Below are positions 24,957 to 35,669 of a stretch of DNA of 64,000 bases, piece by piece. The notes under the pieces are model-generated. The model did no database searches, was not told the origin of the DNA, and worked only from the letters and a program-made list of their open reading frames with translations. How positions within the stretch are numbered: the first letter of the stretch is position 1; each line of letters starts with the position of its first letter. A program made the translations under genes and the position numbers. This DNA is from Lepidodermella squamata (Eukaryota; Animalia; Gastrotricha), in contig JBLDXI010000036.1 in the NCBI GenBank assembly GCA_047495785.1, positions 992,001-1,056,000 on the forward strand. The letters run 5' to 3'.

Positions 24957-26240
24957 CTAGTCAAGCATTTTACGTAAATAGTAAGCAAGAACTGCGATAC
25001 CAATCACAAGAGAAATAACGCCTACCAAAAAATCGGCGAATCGGATGCATTGAACGCCGCCTCTCACTTTTTTCCACAGCAATCGTCTACCCTCCGGCAT
25101 TTTGCTAACTGAACAGCTGATTAATGTGTATATAGTGATAACGACGCAAACTACCATGAAAACGATGACTAAGTTGATAAGGTAAACCTCCTCAGAAGTT
25201 CTAGGAATCAGCGAGAAAATAAGACTCAATAGCACAGCTATAGCCAAATTCACAGTGACACAGAACGCTGGCCTATCCGGATGGCGAGCGTCCATGAACA
25301 ATCCGGATATTTGAAGTATGTATAAAGTTATCGTCGGCACGAAGACATTGCCGACGTAGTAATTATGCTTCCGCTTCAGTTTCAGCGTTAGAGTAACATG
25401 AGGCGATCCACCGACTGGGAAAACAGTTCCGTTGTAGCTAACCAGTGACCATATATCATCGTTCCGTAACGCAGCGTAGCCGGCTGTTATGCCGATTTGA
25501 TCGATGGTAATTGCCAGTTCAGAGCCAATGTTTTCACTTTCAAACTCGAAATCGCACGACGCCGTGTCGAAAGGAAATTTCGTGTATTTGAAGCCGAAAC
25601 ACATTGAAGTAAACGAGCGTACGCAGTAAATCAGGAATTTTGGCCCGGGAATGCGAAAAGGTCTTACTTTGATGAAAGACTCACTGCTAACAAGGATTTT
25701 AATATCAAATTGCTTCATTCAACATGTTTTTACCCTCTTAGTGGCCTTGAGTCTCCAATCGCATTGATATGCTGAATATCAGGCCACCAAACAGAGTTAG
25801 CTGGGATTTCGAACTGAAAGCGGTCGAGCTGCTTGGACGGAAATATTTTGAAGTTGGCCAAAAGCTCGGGTCTGATATCGCGCCCGCATGGGATATCCCA
25901 CAACATCCGGAATGTCATTGTGACAGTCATGCTGGGAAAATAATTGTAAATTTTTTCATCATGAAACAATGTCTAAAGTTTCTAACCTCATCGAAGAATC
26001 GCTCACTTCGATTATCTGCAATATTTTCGATACCAGGTAGCTCTGAATGGGCAATGAGAAGTTCTTGGTCCGCAGGTGATTGGCGGAAGGAAGATTGTTC
26101 GCCTTTGCAATAGGGCAAAACCTAAAAAATTTGCTCTGTAATTCTTCGAGCTCGATAGGCGAACTCTCCTCGCCCGCCTCGGCTAGGCTAAGAGCACAAC
26201 AGCTGAAAATAATGTGAACCTTCAGCAGTACTGATTTCAT
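24957..26240 (-). CDS. Cys-loop (pentameric) ligand-gated ion channel-like subunit, 3 exons
   Basis: Signal peptide; WWPDI; Cys loop CFGFKYTKFPFDTASC; LKRK..YY; four TM segments; introns 25986-25932 and 25733-25687 join three ORFs in frame. Confidence 0.85.
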
Positions 26241-27036
26241 AGCTGTGCAATGAATGCAGATTCGCTATTCGATATATTGCCACGCTTCAGTATATAACGA
26301 AGACTTTGCTTTGTTTGCACATTCTTTTAAAAAGGCTGGCTTTTCCTTTAATCATTTGTTTATTCAGCGAAACCTACACATCGACTAGCCTGAAACTTCA
26401 ATTAAAAATTATCGAACCCTTCGGCGAGGAAAAAATCTGAAGAAAAACAAGACCAAGACACGAAACATAAGCTTGAATTTAAATTTATCGATTCCATTAA
26501 ATTCCATCGATTCGTAGCAGCAAATTCGATAACTTTCCAGCTATTAACTCAATATTGGTTCAAAGTTAGCGGTCGAATTTATGTATACCTCTGCGGTATC
26601 ATAAAAAATGGCTGGTTTTTTATATTAGTTAATGTGCGAAAGTAACTTGAACATAAATCTAAAGGTGAATGGGTTGTTTTCGACATCTTTATTATTTCCG
26701 GTCGATAAACTGGGCTATTTCAGTCTTCCGTTCAACATCGATTTACCCCATGGAAACTTCGCAAATAATCGAAAAAACCTCGATGCAGGTTGAAACTATT
26801 TTTTTTTTGGGACCGCTAGGGACCACGTGACATGGGCTGGGCAACAACGCTTTCATCAACATGAGTGCTATAATTAAATTTTAACCGCCAAGGGTGAAAA
26901 ATACTGTACCATGCCATGGCGCATAAAATATTTAACAATTCTTGACTTTACATACGCGCGTAATAATAAGCGACTTTAATGTACCGAGTGTTGCAATCTT
27001 ACATAGTCTTGCGTCTCTCCGCACGTTCGTGTATAA

Positions 27037-28092
27037 ATGACTGCGCTCTTACTCAAAGTGTTGACATGTTTCTTCATCGGTTTCCTGATTTTGGCATTTA
27101 TTTTCGCACAACAAAGTCAGCAATTTCTCTGGGGCAGCTATATCGAGGTCCATTTAACGAATGGGAACAGTAAAATAACTACAACAGAGCGAATTTCCCG
27201 CCAATTAGATCGAGAATTCGACGAATTAGACGCCTTGTTAATCTGGGTAGCTGCAAGAAATTCAACAAAAATCCCTAAAATCCTACATCAAACCTGGAAG
27301 ACGAACGACACACTGCCGGAAAAATATACGAAATACCGGTCGAACTGGATGAAGATGCACCCGCATTGGAGGCATGTCCTCTGGACAGATGAAATGAATA
27401 GGAAATTGGTGCAGCGCGGCTATCCTTGGTATTTGGACTTTTACGACAATCTTCAAGTTGGCGTAATGCGATCTGACGTCAGCCGCATTCTCTACATGCA
27501 TCGATACGGCGGGATGTACGCTGATCTCGATACTGAACCTCTCCAACCTGTAGATCCTTTGATCGACCAAGCTGAGAAGCCTGTACTATTGGGCTATATG
27601 ATGGACGTTTACAGAGATCATCACGACAAGCATTTTCTACCAGCTTCGATAATGTTGGCGAAACCTGGCCATCTTTTGTTTTCGATCGCGTTGTCCCAAT
27701 TTCTTTATCAGCGGAAAAAGTTCCCGCTACCTGGGACGAAACCCGAGTTCGTGACTGGCCCAACAGGATTTTTCAACGCAATCGAGGACTATATGGCTGC
27801 TTACAAACAAATGACTGGGGAAGATACTGATGCCTCGCCGAAAAAGCTCTCAAATGATATCTACGACTTGAAGGTATTCCCATCGAAGGTGCTTCAGCCT
27901 TACTCTTGGGCGCAGAAGTCTGAGGGTATTGGCAAGGTTTGCGAGGGTCGTTCCCCTGATTTCAACGAGGATAAATGCAAATCTAGATTTGGCAAAGAGT
28001 CGTTTACTATTCAGTATTCTAGTCAATCGTGGGAAAAAGACTGGCTCGATCATATCAGCAAACACGAACAGTTCTATCCTGAATCATTTTAA
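27037..28092 (+). CDS. GT32 / Gly_transf_sug (DxD) glycosyltransferase, SUR1/OCH1-like mannosyltransferase, intronless (paralog 1)
   Basis: N-terminal TM anchor; IPKILHQTWK, WTD, RSDVSRILYMHRYGGMYADLD. Confidence 0.9.
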   Translation: MTALLLKVLTCFFIGFLILAFIFAQQSQQFLWGSYIEVHLTNGNSKITTTERISRQLDREFDELDALLIWVAARNSTKIPKILHQTWKTNDTLPEKYTKYRSNWMKMHPHWRHVLWTDEMNRKLVQRGYPWYLDFYDNLQVGVMRSDVSRILYMHRYGGMYADLDTEPLQPVDPLIDQAEKPVLLGYMMDVYRDHHDKHFLPASIMLAKPGHLLFSIALSQFLYQRKKFPLPGTKPEFVTGPTGFFNAIEDYMAAYKQMTGEDTDASPKKLSNDIYDLKVFPSKVLQPYSWAQKSEGIGKVCEGRSPDFNEDKCKSRFGKESFTIQYSSQSWEKDWLDHISKHEQFYPESF

Positions 28093-28198
28093 CATGATAT
28101 TACAAGGACGATAGTGCATTAATGGTGTATTTTTTGCCGAAGGAATTAATGAAACACATTGTTCCCAGTGCTCTTGTTGCGTCCTTATTTAATTTACT

Positions 28199-28265
28199 TT
28201 ACCCTCCCAGCGGCTTTGACTCTCCCATCGCATATGTATGCTGCATATCAGGCCACCAAAGAAGC
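28199..28265 (-). pseudogene. Short remnant of the Cys-loop channel gene
   Basis: WWPDMQHTYAMGESKPLGG versus WWPDIQHINAIGDSRPLRG at 25730-25790, including the donor context. Confidence 0.7.
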
Positions 28266-28514
28266 ATGTAGACTCTAAACAAGGGTTCGATTATTGAGTC
28301 GACAGTCGTAGATCGTAGAATTTTACAGTTAATAATTTTCTTTTCTCTCCAGCAGAGGTTTCCCATTTGGTTCCAATAGGAATATGTTGGTGTTGCGTTG
28401 CGTATTGCTTTGCATGGAAAATGGCACAGGCATTCGGACCCCCAACCCCCCCCCCCCCCCCCCTTACGCTTCAAACTTCAATTGTTTTCAATTCTACGAT
28501 GAATGCATTCCGAC

Positions 28515-28947
28515 TCATCCCGATCGCCTGGTTGTCGTAGCCGTCCGTCTGCCACACGCGCATTCAGATGCAACTCCGCACCACGTTGACACGGCATTTT
28601 TGTTCGCGATTGCCCGGCACGATCCGGAATCATACATTTTTTGTGCCTTTTGCACAGCCATTCGCGCAGTACGAGTTGCGATCGCAGCAGCCTTTCCGCA
28701 CACAGTTTAACGATCTCCAAGCTGCGCGGATGCAACGGTTGTCGCACGACTGGTTTGGCCGATCGCCGCATACAGTCTTATAGGCCGCTTTAATATCGGG
28801 CCGCACAAATATCATATTCACGTCGAGGGCGTTCAGGACATTTGGGCATGATCTAGCAATGTAATACATAAAGTCGTTAACAGCATCGCAAGGGGCCAGG
28901 TGTGGGCCACAAACGGCAGCAAGTAGCAAAATCGCAACAACTTTCAT
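28515..28947 (-). CDS. Secreted Cys-rich, defensin/macin-like peptide; apparent 1-nt frameshift in an A6 run near 28640
   Basis: Signal MKVVAILLLAAVC; Cys-rich body; continuation MYDSGSC...WCGVASECAC in the adjacent frame. Confidence 0.5.
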
Positions 28948-30261
28948 TGCCAAGCATTTTGCATGATGGAAAGCTCATAATCGGACAGCTTTTATAGCCG
29001 AGTTGTTTTGATGTTTCTTATTTCTATCTGGAAGCTTCTACCAGTTCGCGTCCGAAATGTCTATTTTGGGCAGTTTTGTCGGAAGCTATTACAAATGACC
29101 GCAATTACGGAGACAAACAGAGCCAACGGCAGGTTTTTTTGACGTGCGATGCGTATAGGTGTCAATGCTTTTCCACGCTCGCCTCTCCTTTAACACCAGA
29201 TTTACATGCCAAGTTGCTATTTTCGTTACTTTTGTCGCCAGTTGTTAAGTCGTGATGATATAGCCAACGGCGGTTTTTATACACGATTCTTAATTCCCAA
29301 GGCACTTCGTATGCCAAGCTGAGAAAAAAATGTGGAGTGCGAAGTGAAAACAAGAACTGCAGTTGGATTGAAAAACCCCGCTGCGAAAGAGTGAGGACGA
29401 GGGGGCGAGGGCGATCGTAAATCGAGGGCGTTCCATTTCTGTTTTTAAAAACTAGATTTTACATAATTTGTTGCCTAATTTTTCTAAATGTTCCGTATCG
29501 ACGGTGAGGCGCCAATGAGGATTTATCAATTCTGTGTACACGCGCAACGCGAAACTGCAGAAATAAATAAATGAAATGAAATGAATCGCTTGTTGAATAA
29601 GCTCAAGCTTTCTGTTGTGTTCTGTTAAATTTTAGTAGAGGGCCTGGAAAAATCCCAACTTCAAGGCTTTACTCAAAAATAATTAAAGCTCGAACGACTA
29701 TTCAACACGACGCTACGCTACAATAATGCAAAAACATCAGGAGTTTTTTTATGATGTCGACCGATTCAGAGATTGATTGCTTAGGTTGACTGTAGCATTG
29801 CTTTCTTTGTAATCGATGACAATTAGGAAATATGAGAGCGACAAACAGCTGAAATTCAATACTTCTTTATTTCCGGTCTGTATAAAATAATAATATCTCT
29901 CCTTTGAGCACTTTTGCTCAATTGCACAACTTGTGCTCAAAATGCTCAATGATCGCTCAATGGGTGCTCAATTTGTGCGCAATTTATGCTCACCGTCAGC
30001 CGGAACCTATCGAAAGTGATCAACTTGTGCTCAACAGTTATCATTGAGCACTCCAAAGATGGCAGAAATGAATGTGAGTGATCACTGGTTCGATTCCGGC
30101 CCGCGACTGGTTGTTTTTTTATATTTTGCCCCAATTTTACTTTTTCATTTGCAAATGGCTCGGTTGCAATAATTACAAAAACTGCAAAAATTACAAAACG
30201 TTGCAAAATTGTCAACAAATGAAATTATCGATAAGTCGATTTTAATAGTATCCATTTAAGA

Positions 30262-30335
30262 GGAACCAGTGGCGCAATGGATTTGATTGGGGGCTCGAGA
30301 GCTGTGATAACTGGTTCAATTCCTGCCCGCGACTG
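30262..30335 (+). other. tRNA-derived (SINE-like) Pol III promoter remnant inside the MITE; second B-box copy at ~30086-30107
   Basis: A box TGGCGCAATGG, B box GGTTCAATTCC, then a T run; no complete cloverleaf. Confidence 0.5.
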
Positions 30336-30444
30336 ATTTTTTTTAAATTTTGTCATTGACGACTGGTGCCTAATCTGGTGCTGAACGCGGTGCTCAAGAG
30401 CCGCTCAACGAGTGCTGGAAGGCTGCTCAAAGAAGCACAACGTG

Positions 30445-30500
30445 AGTAGTATAATGTCCCCTAGGAGGAACGATGTTTAGTGTGGACTTTCATCAAAACC
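30445..30500 (+). repeat. Left TIR of the Polinton
   Basis: AGTAGTATAATGTCCCCTAGGAGGAACGATGTTTAGTGTGGACTTTCATCAAAACC, exact reverse complement of 50119-50174. Confidence 0.98.
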
Positions 30501-30628
30501 CTCGCAGACATAAATGGTAATGATTCACCTACGCTACGTCATCGATAATCCAATGAATAAATTAGGAGGCATCGACATTTAAGGAGATATTAACTAATCT
30601 GTCAACATTACTCATATTTTTACTTCAA

Positions 30629-31150
30629 ATGGCAGATTCATTTTACAGCCCTTTAAGTCCTACTACAACTTACCCATTTTTGTCTAACAAGGCAAGTGAT
30701 TATTTTACAACCAACCCAACATTTAATGCAAACTCAACGGGCATACCTTTGCATGATCAACCTGCATTCGATGTGCCAGATATTACGGCATCAACGCCCG
30801 CTAAAAGCGGCCAACAAAGCCGCACTTCTCAACGTGTAAAAAGTGTTAATCGCTATAACTCTGTTCAAGAAGTAGTAAGCCGACCAATCCGCCAACAACG
30901 AAACAAGGGAAAAGGAGTGAGACAAAACAAGCCGCAAGCAGCCAACAAGCTTAAGAAATTGCACAAACGTAAAAATTTGGGTGAAACGTCGGTTTCTATT
31001 CCTTCATTGACTAGTGCCACATCTGATCATCCGGTTTCATTTTTAGTGGTATTTCATCCGGTACCACAACAAAGCGGCAAATCATATCAGAATTTGATGT
31101 CCCTTATCCAACAAGCATCAACTCATATACTACCATCCAAGTGCCAATAA
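30629..31150 (+). CDS. Low-complexity, basic ORF; possibly the N-terminal exon of the TBP-like gene
   Basis: ATG at 30629; a candidate intron 30988-31046 (GTCGGT...TTTTAG, 59 nt) would join it in frame to the TBP domain. Confidence 0.5.
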   Translation: MADSFYSPLSPTTTYPFLSNKASDYFTTNPTFNANSTGIPLHDQPAFDVPDITASTPAKSGQQSRTSQRVKSVNRYNSVQEVVSRPIRQQRNKGKGVRQNKPQAANKLKKLHKRKNLGETSVSIPSLTSATSDHPVSFLVVFHPVPQQSGKSYQNLMSLIQQASTHILPSKCQ

Positions 31151-31842
31151 GATTTGCAGCCGAGTTTCCCGAGGAGTTACTATTGGCTAGCTCCAACCCA
31201 CAAGATTGCAGTAATTATTCAGTAGAACTTGAAAGAGCAACTGGTGAAATTTACTGTGAATATAATGTTAATTTTTCTATTTCAAATATTATGGCTACTT
31301 GCCAAACCGATCTAATGTTTGATCTACTTTTCCTTTCTCGGCGTATGCCTGGCTCGCGGTACAACCCATCAGTTATGTCATCGGCTCTTTTTTTCAAATT
31401 ACACTATTTGAATGCAACGCTTTTGATTTTTCATTCGGGTAAAATTGTATGCACTGGTACTTCATCTTGCCTGAAATGCATTCAAGCATTCTCTATACTC
31501 AGAAAAAGGCTCGAAGTCGTACTAGGCATCAAAATAAAAAATTCCAAAATCAAATTTTCGAATTTAGTTGTGTTCACAAATTTTAAGAAATCCATAGACT
31601 TGGGGCGCTTAGCACAAGAATTTAAAAGTATCGTAACGTATACACCCGAAACCTTTCCCGGTCTAAGAGTGAAAGTTTTCAGAAAAGGCGCGATGAATAA
31701 GTCTGAGCCTAAATATAATGTTTCTGCAACTTTATATCATACTGGTAAAATGATTTTATCCGGTTGCCCTGACGTCGAAGTTATTATTCAAGCATATATC
31801 AAGTTGTTGCCCATCATCATTTATTTGTTCGGAAATTCATAA
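31141..31842 (+). CDS. Polinton-encoded TATA-box-binding protein (TBP)-like protein
   Basis: Two TBP repeats: SNIMAT...YNP...LLIFHSGKIVCTG and SNLVV...IDL..LA...YTPETFPGL...LYHTGKMILSG; frame open from 31027; true start uncertain. Confidence 0.88.
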   Translation: MPIRFAAEFPEELLLASSNPQDCSNYSVELERATGEIYCEYNVNFSISNIMATCQTDLMFDLLFLSRRMPGSRYNPSVMSSALFFKLHYLNATLLIFHSGKIVCTGTSSCLKCIQAFSILRKRLEVVLGIKIKNSKIKFSNLVVFTNFKKSIDLGRLAQEFKSIVTYTPETFPGLRVKVFRKGAMNKSEPKYNVSATLYHTGKMILSGCPDVEVIIQAYIKLLPIIIYLFGNS

Positions 31843-31976
31843 TAAAGGATTAATTTAATGAATGAAGTTTTTTTTACACTATTTGGGTTGTTTATACAGT
31901 CACTGAATCACACGTGTATTCTCATTGATTTCATTTATCAAATTTATTGCCAGCATCAAATAAAATCATCAAAGTC

Positions 31977-32298
31977 ATGGCAGGTGGGTAATTTAAAAGT
32001 AAAGTGTAAAATTGATTAATTTTTTCAATTAGAAATTCCTTGGAATACTATTGCTTTGGTTGCTTTGACTATGGTTATAAGCGCGCAGGTTTTGTGGGTA
32101 CAATGGTCCTTCGCGTCTATGCAAACGCTATTGGTTCAAGCGGAAACAAGGTCAACAGAAACTGACGAAGCAATCAAGGCTATAAATCAACTGTTTGAAT
32201 ATGTTCACGACCAATTATTCAAATTTATGATTAATTGCACAGTTTTACCATCGTGTAGTAAGCGTCCAATTTCTCCGTCTAAAATAATCAATGGTTAA
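31977..32298 (+). CDS. Small membrane protein, 2 exons (intron 31984-32032)
   Basis: ATG GCA G|GTGGGT...TTAG|AA ATT gives MAEIPWNTIALVALTMVISAQVLWV, in frame with ORF 32056. Confidence 0.6.
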
Positions 32299-33514
32299 AA
32301 CGCGAACGTCAAGCGATGTTTTGTTAGGGAGTTATGAAAATAAAGATGCTCCCCAAGGAGAGGACTCGAATTTGAACAACATCGTTCTCAAGTTGTATAA
32401 TGATCCAGAAATCATTGGAGCATTCCAGGGCATTCATCGGGCCTTTAAACGTATCAAACCTCTGGTACCTCTGAATCTTCGAAAAAAGTTAACTTTTAAA
32501 AAGTTGCGCTCGATTCTACAAACAGATCGCACTTATTCACGGTACAAAGCCCTAAGTACTAGGAACCGTAAGATTTATATGCCGTATGAAGTCTATTCCA
32601 AGGGAGAATTGTTTCTCGCGGATCTTTATGAATGCCAAGAGGCAGCGGCACATAATGATGCTACTAGATATCTTTTAAATATCAAGGATTGTTTCTCACG
32701 ATTTGCTTGGTCCATTCCTCTCTTATCAAAAGAGGGCAAACACACCGCTAGCAAAATAGCAGAATTTCTTACTAGCCTGTCACCAGCTGATAGATGTACA
32801 TCACTGACGACAGATTCAGGTAAAGAATTTAAGAACCAATTTCTTGAGAAAGTTGTAAAAAAATTAGGTATAAATTTCTATACCTCGACCTCTATGTTTC
32901 ACTGTTCTCCGATTGAAATATTTAATCGCTGGCTTCGGAGGATAATTAGCCGTTACCAAATTGCTAATAATACTTTAAGATTTATAGATAAATTGTCTCA
33001 TCTAGTTGATGCTTACAATAGCTTAGTTTGTAAATCCACCGGCTTCTCCCCAAAGGAGCTATGGTTAGCTGCTCCGGATAACCCTATCAATCTTATAGCT
33101 TATCAAAACCTATTCGGAAAACGAGATGAGCTATTAAAAACTAAAATTTCCAACCCTAATTATCAGTCTAAATTTCAAGTTAACGACTGTGTACGCATTA
33201 GTCGTAGTAAAGATCTATTTCATAAGGAGGGTGATTTTATGTTTACAGAGGAATATTTTTTTATCGATCGTATCAATACTCGAACCGTACCAGATAGGTA
33301 TTACCTCAGAGATTCTGAAAATGAAAAAATCAAAGGGGCGTTTTATGACTGGCAATTACAAAAGACCCAACCTAATGAAACTTATCATATCGAGAAAATT
33401 CTAAAATCTCGCACTATAAATGGGGTAAAACAACAACTTGTTCACTGGAAAGGTTGGCCCGTGTCGGCTGCTACTTGGGTTAATGCTGAGGACATTTTTT
33501 CACTCACAAAATGA
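32291..33514 (+). CDS. Retroviral-like (RVE) integrase with C-terminal chromodomain
   Basis: ADL / TDSGKEF / IEIFNR catalytic D-D-E; YHIEKIL...LVHWKGWP...TWV chromodomain. Confidence 0.95.
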   Translation: MVKTRTSSDVLLGSYENKDAPQGEDSNLNNIVLKLYNDPEIIGAFQGIHRAFKRIKPLVPLNLRKKLTFKKLRSILQTDRTYSRYKALSTRNRKIYMPYEVYSKGELFLADLYECQEAAAHNDATRYLLNIKDCFSRFAWSIPLLSKEGKHTASKIAEFLTSLSPADRCTSLTTDSGKEFKNQFLEKVVKKLGINFYTSTSMFHCSPIEIFNRWLRRIISRYQIANNTLRFIDKLSHLVDAYNSLVCKSTGFSPKELWLAAPDNPINLIAYQNLFGKRDELLKTKISNPNYQSKFQVNDCVRISRSKDLFHKEGDFMFTEEYFFIDRINTRTVPDRYYLRDSENEKIKGAFYDWQLQKTQPNETYHIEKILKSRTINGVKQQLVHWKGWPVSAATWVNAEDIFSLTK

Positions 33515-33747
33515 AGTTAATAAATGGCGTGGATTTCGCGACAATTTTTCGACTCGTAGCCAAATTAATTTTCCAGGAGCCGTCAATTCGCGTCGCTAAA
33601 TTTCTATTCGGGTTTATTCTATTGCTGTGGGTATTAGAACTTTGTAAATTTCACTTGAAAAATTACACATGCGTTAGTGTAAATTCGCGTGTTGTTGAAT
33701 TTACCACTTCATCTACGAACATTTCTGATTCATCTACGTCTGTATAA
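33511..33747 (+). CDS. Small hydrophobic protein
   Basis: Fills the gap between integrase and mCP; start overlaps the integrase stop (ATGA); one hydrophobic segment. Confidence 0.4.
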   Translation: MKLINGVDFATIFRLVAKLIFQEPSIRVAKFLFGFILLLWVLELCKFHLKNYTCVSVNSRVVEFTTSSTNISDSSTSV

Positions 33748-33755
33748 AGACAGCA

Positions 33756-34973
33756 ATGTCCTTGCAAGATGATTATCTAATTTATCTCCCTTCCAACTCG
33801 GCACAATTCCCTTTAAATACGCCGGCTGATTTTAAACTTACTCTACCAGTCCCGATATCGGTTCCAGATTGCAGGGCTTACGAAGTGGCTCTATTAGAGG
33901 CGTCCGTGCCATCTAAGTGGAGCAGCATTGATTATCACGACGCCTATATCCTAGATTGTAGTTGGATCAAGGAATCATTTACATCCGACCCTGTTAGGAA
34001 CTATTTACAGATTCCACAAGAGTCTCCGTCCCTGTTTGTTTCCGAAGTTAACCCGTGGCTGTCCAATCACATACAGAAAGTTAAATTTGGGGGTCAATTT
34101 TTTGCTGATATTCAAAAGCTGACGGATCACTTCAGCCTCAAAATAGGGGAATATACTGATGGATGCGTTTTCATGACTTATGATCAACTTTCAAGGCGCG
34201 CAACTTTGGTTTGTAAATGGCCTTATGCCATCTTTTTACCATTGGATTCTGCTGGCCTCTTCGGGTTTACCACTCCAAATCCTTCTACTTTTAACAGGCT
34301 AAGTAAGATCCTTTCAGGGGTATTTGTGTTTCCAGAGCCACCTGAAACACCTAGCGAAGATTTAGCTATGCGCTGCGCTTTCGCGTTAGCAATGTCTTGG
34401 GAATCTCAAGTGAACACAAATTTTGAGCCAACAATCAAATCAACGTTACAAGGCTCTATTCTACTAACGTCAGAAGATCACAAACTTGACCCTAGCCCAA
34501 ACGATGACATGGATAAGCGGCAGCGACAATTTTTCAACCTTGCTAATGTTAGGGACGCAGCTAAACCTAATGAAAATGACCAAGACCTTTCTGAAAGCAC
34601 CAAAATAATATACAAAACAGCTGTTAATCAATGCACTGCAACTTTTAATGTTCAGTTAAATTATGGTATGAATGGATTATTCATCTATTCCTCTCTTGTG
34701 GGAGATGTGATTGTAGGCGATTGCCATGCTAGTTTATTACGTATGATAACTTACTCAACAATGGCCGCAGCTTCAGTTAACAATGACCTATCTTCACATT
34801 TTACAGTAATCTACAACTCGGGCCTGTACTTACCTCTGAGAAGTAATTTTATTGATACAGTATCAGTTGAAATTAGGCGAGATAACGGAGCTATGATTGA
34901 TTTCATAGATGCTGGGTCAAAGGTCCTCTTACTTGTTCACATTCGACGTAAACCAGGATCGCACTTTTTCTAA
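33756..34973 (+). CDS. Minor capsid protein (penton-like)
   Basis: YLPSNS...NTPADF..LP...YEVAL N-terminus; FIYSSLV..VIVGD....LLR...YLPL......SVEIR C-terminus. Confidence 0.88.
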   Translation: MSLQDDYLIYLPSNSAQFPLNTPADFKLTLPVPISVPDCRAYEVALLEASVPSKWSSIDYHDAYILDCSWIKESFTSDPVRNYLQIPQESPSLFVSEVNPWLSNHIQKVKFGGQFFADIQKLTDHFSLKIGEYTDGCVFMTYDQLSRRATLVCKWPYAIFLPLDSAGLFGFTTPNPSTFNRLSKILSGVFVFPEPPETPSEDLAMRCAFALAMSWESQVNTNFEPTIKSTLQGSILLTSEDHKLDPSPNDDMDKRQRQFFNLANVRDAAKPNENDQDLSESTKIIYKTAVNQCTATFNVQLNYGMNGLFIYSSLVGDVIVGDCHASLLRMITYSTMAAASVNNDLSSHFTVIYNSGLYLPLRSNFIDTVSVEIRRDNGAMIDFIDAGSKVLLLVHIRRKPGSHFF

Positions 34974-35057
34974 TTTCCACCCACTTGATATAAATGGCGC
35001 CTTAGTTTATTGTGGATAATGTTGAATATGGAATAATAAACCTAGAAGATTCAAACT

Positions 35058-35642
35058 ATGGTCTACGCCTATAGCAATCATAACGTTGAAAAATATCAGG
35101 ACTTTTTTTTAAGGCAACATTTCTCAGGTAGCGGAGGTGGGTTAAAAGGTAGTGGAAGTTTAGACCACTATCGCGGGAATACCATTCAATTTCCGTACCA
35201 TCACCGTGGTCATGGTATCGGTAATGTAATAGGTAGGCTAATCAGAAATACATATTCATGAGCTTTTTTTTTTTCATATGAAACGTATGCCAACTTAGGG
35301 TCGTTTTTCAGATCGTTTTTCCCGATAATAGCGCCTAGCTTTCTTCAACATGCTATATCAACAGGTCAAAGAATTCTCGGCGACATGCAGCAACCTGAAA
35401 GCAATAGACCATCGCTTGGCGAATCACTTAAACGCCATGGTACCTCTGGGGCATTAGGCCTTGCTAAAGATATCTCTGAAACGGCACTAAAACGCCATTC
35501 TGGGGGCGGGCGTAAAAAACGTAGGAAAACACGTGTAAAACGCAAAATGGCAAGGTCAAAAAAATCAGTTAAGAAAAGATATAAAAGGACCAAGAGAAAA
35601 GGAGCCCCTTCTAGCAGCGCTAAATCTATTCTATTTGAATAA
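35058..35642 (+). CDS. Basic core / DNA-condensing protein candidate, 2 exons (intron 35221 or 35233 to 35298)
   Basis: Spliced RGHGIG|SFFRSFFP; repeated G-x-G motifs; Lys/Arg-rich tail; lies between mCP and MCP. Confidence 0.7.
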
Positions 35643-35669
35643 GTCTAAATATTAAAGCCCCAACTAGAC

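Noticed and set aside
24957-26240. Frameshifted Cys-loop channel pseudogene
   Set aside because: Two canonical short introns explain the three ORFs
30262-30335. Functional tRNA gene (also 52715-52800)
   Set aside because: A and B boxes present but acceptor and anticodon stems do not pair convincingly
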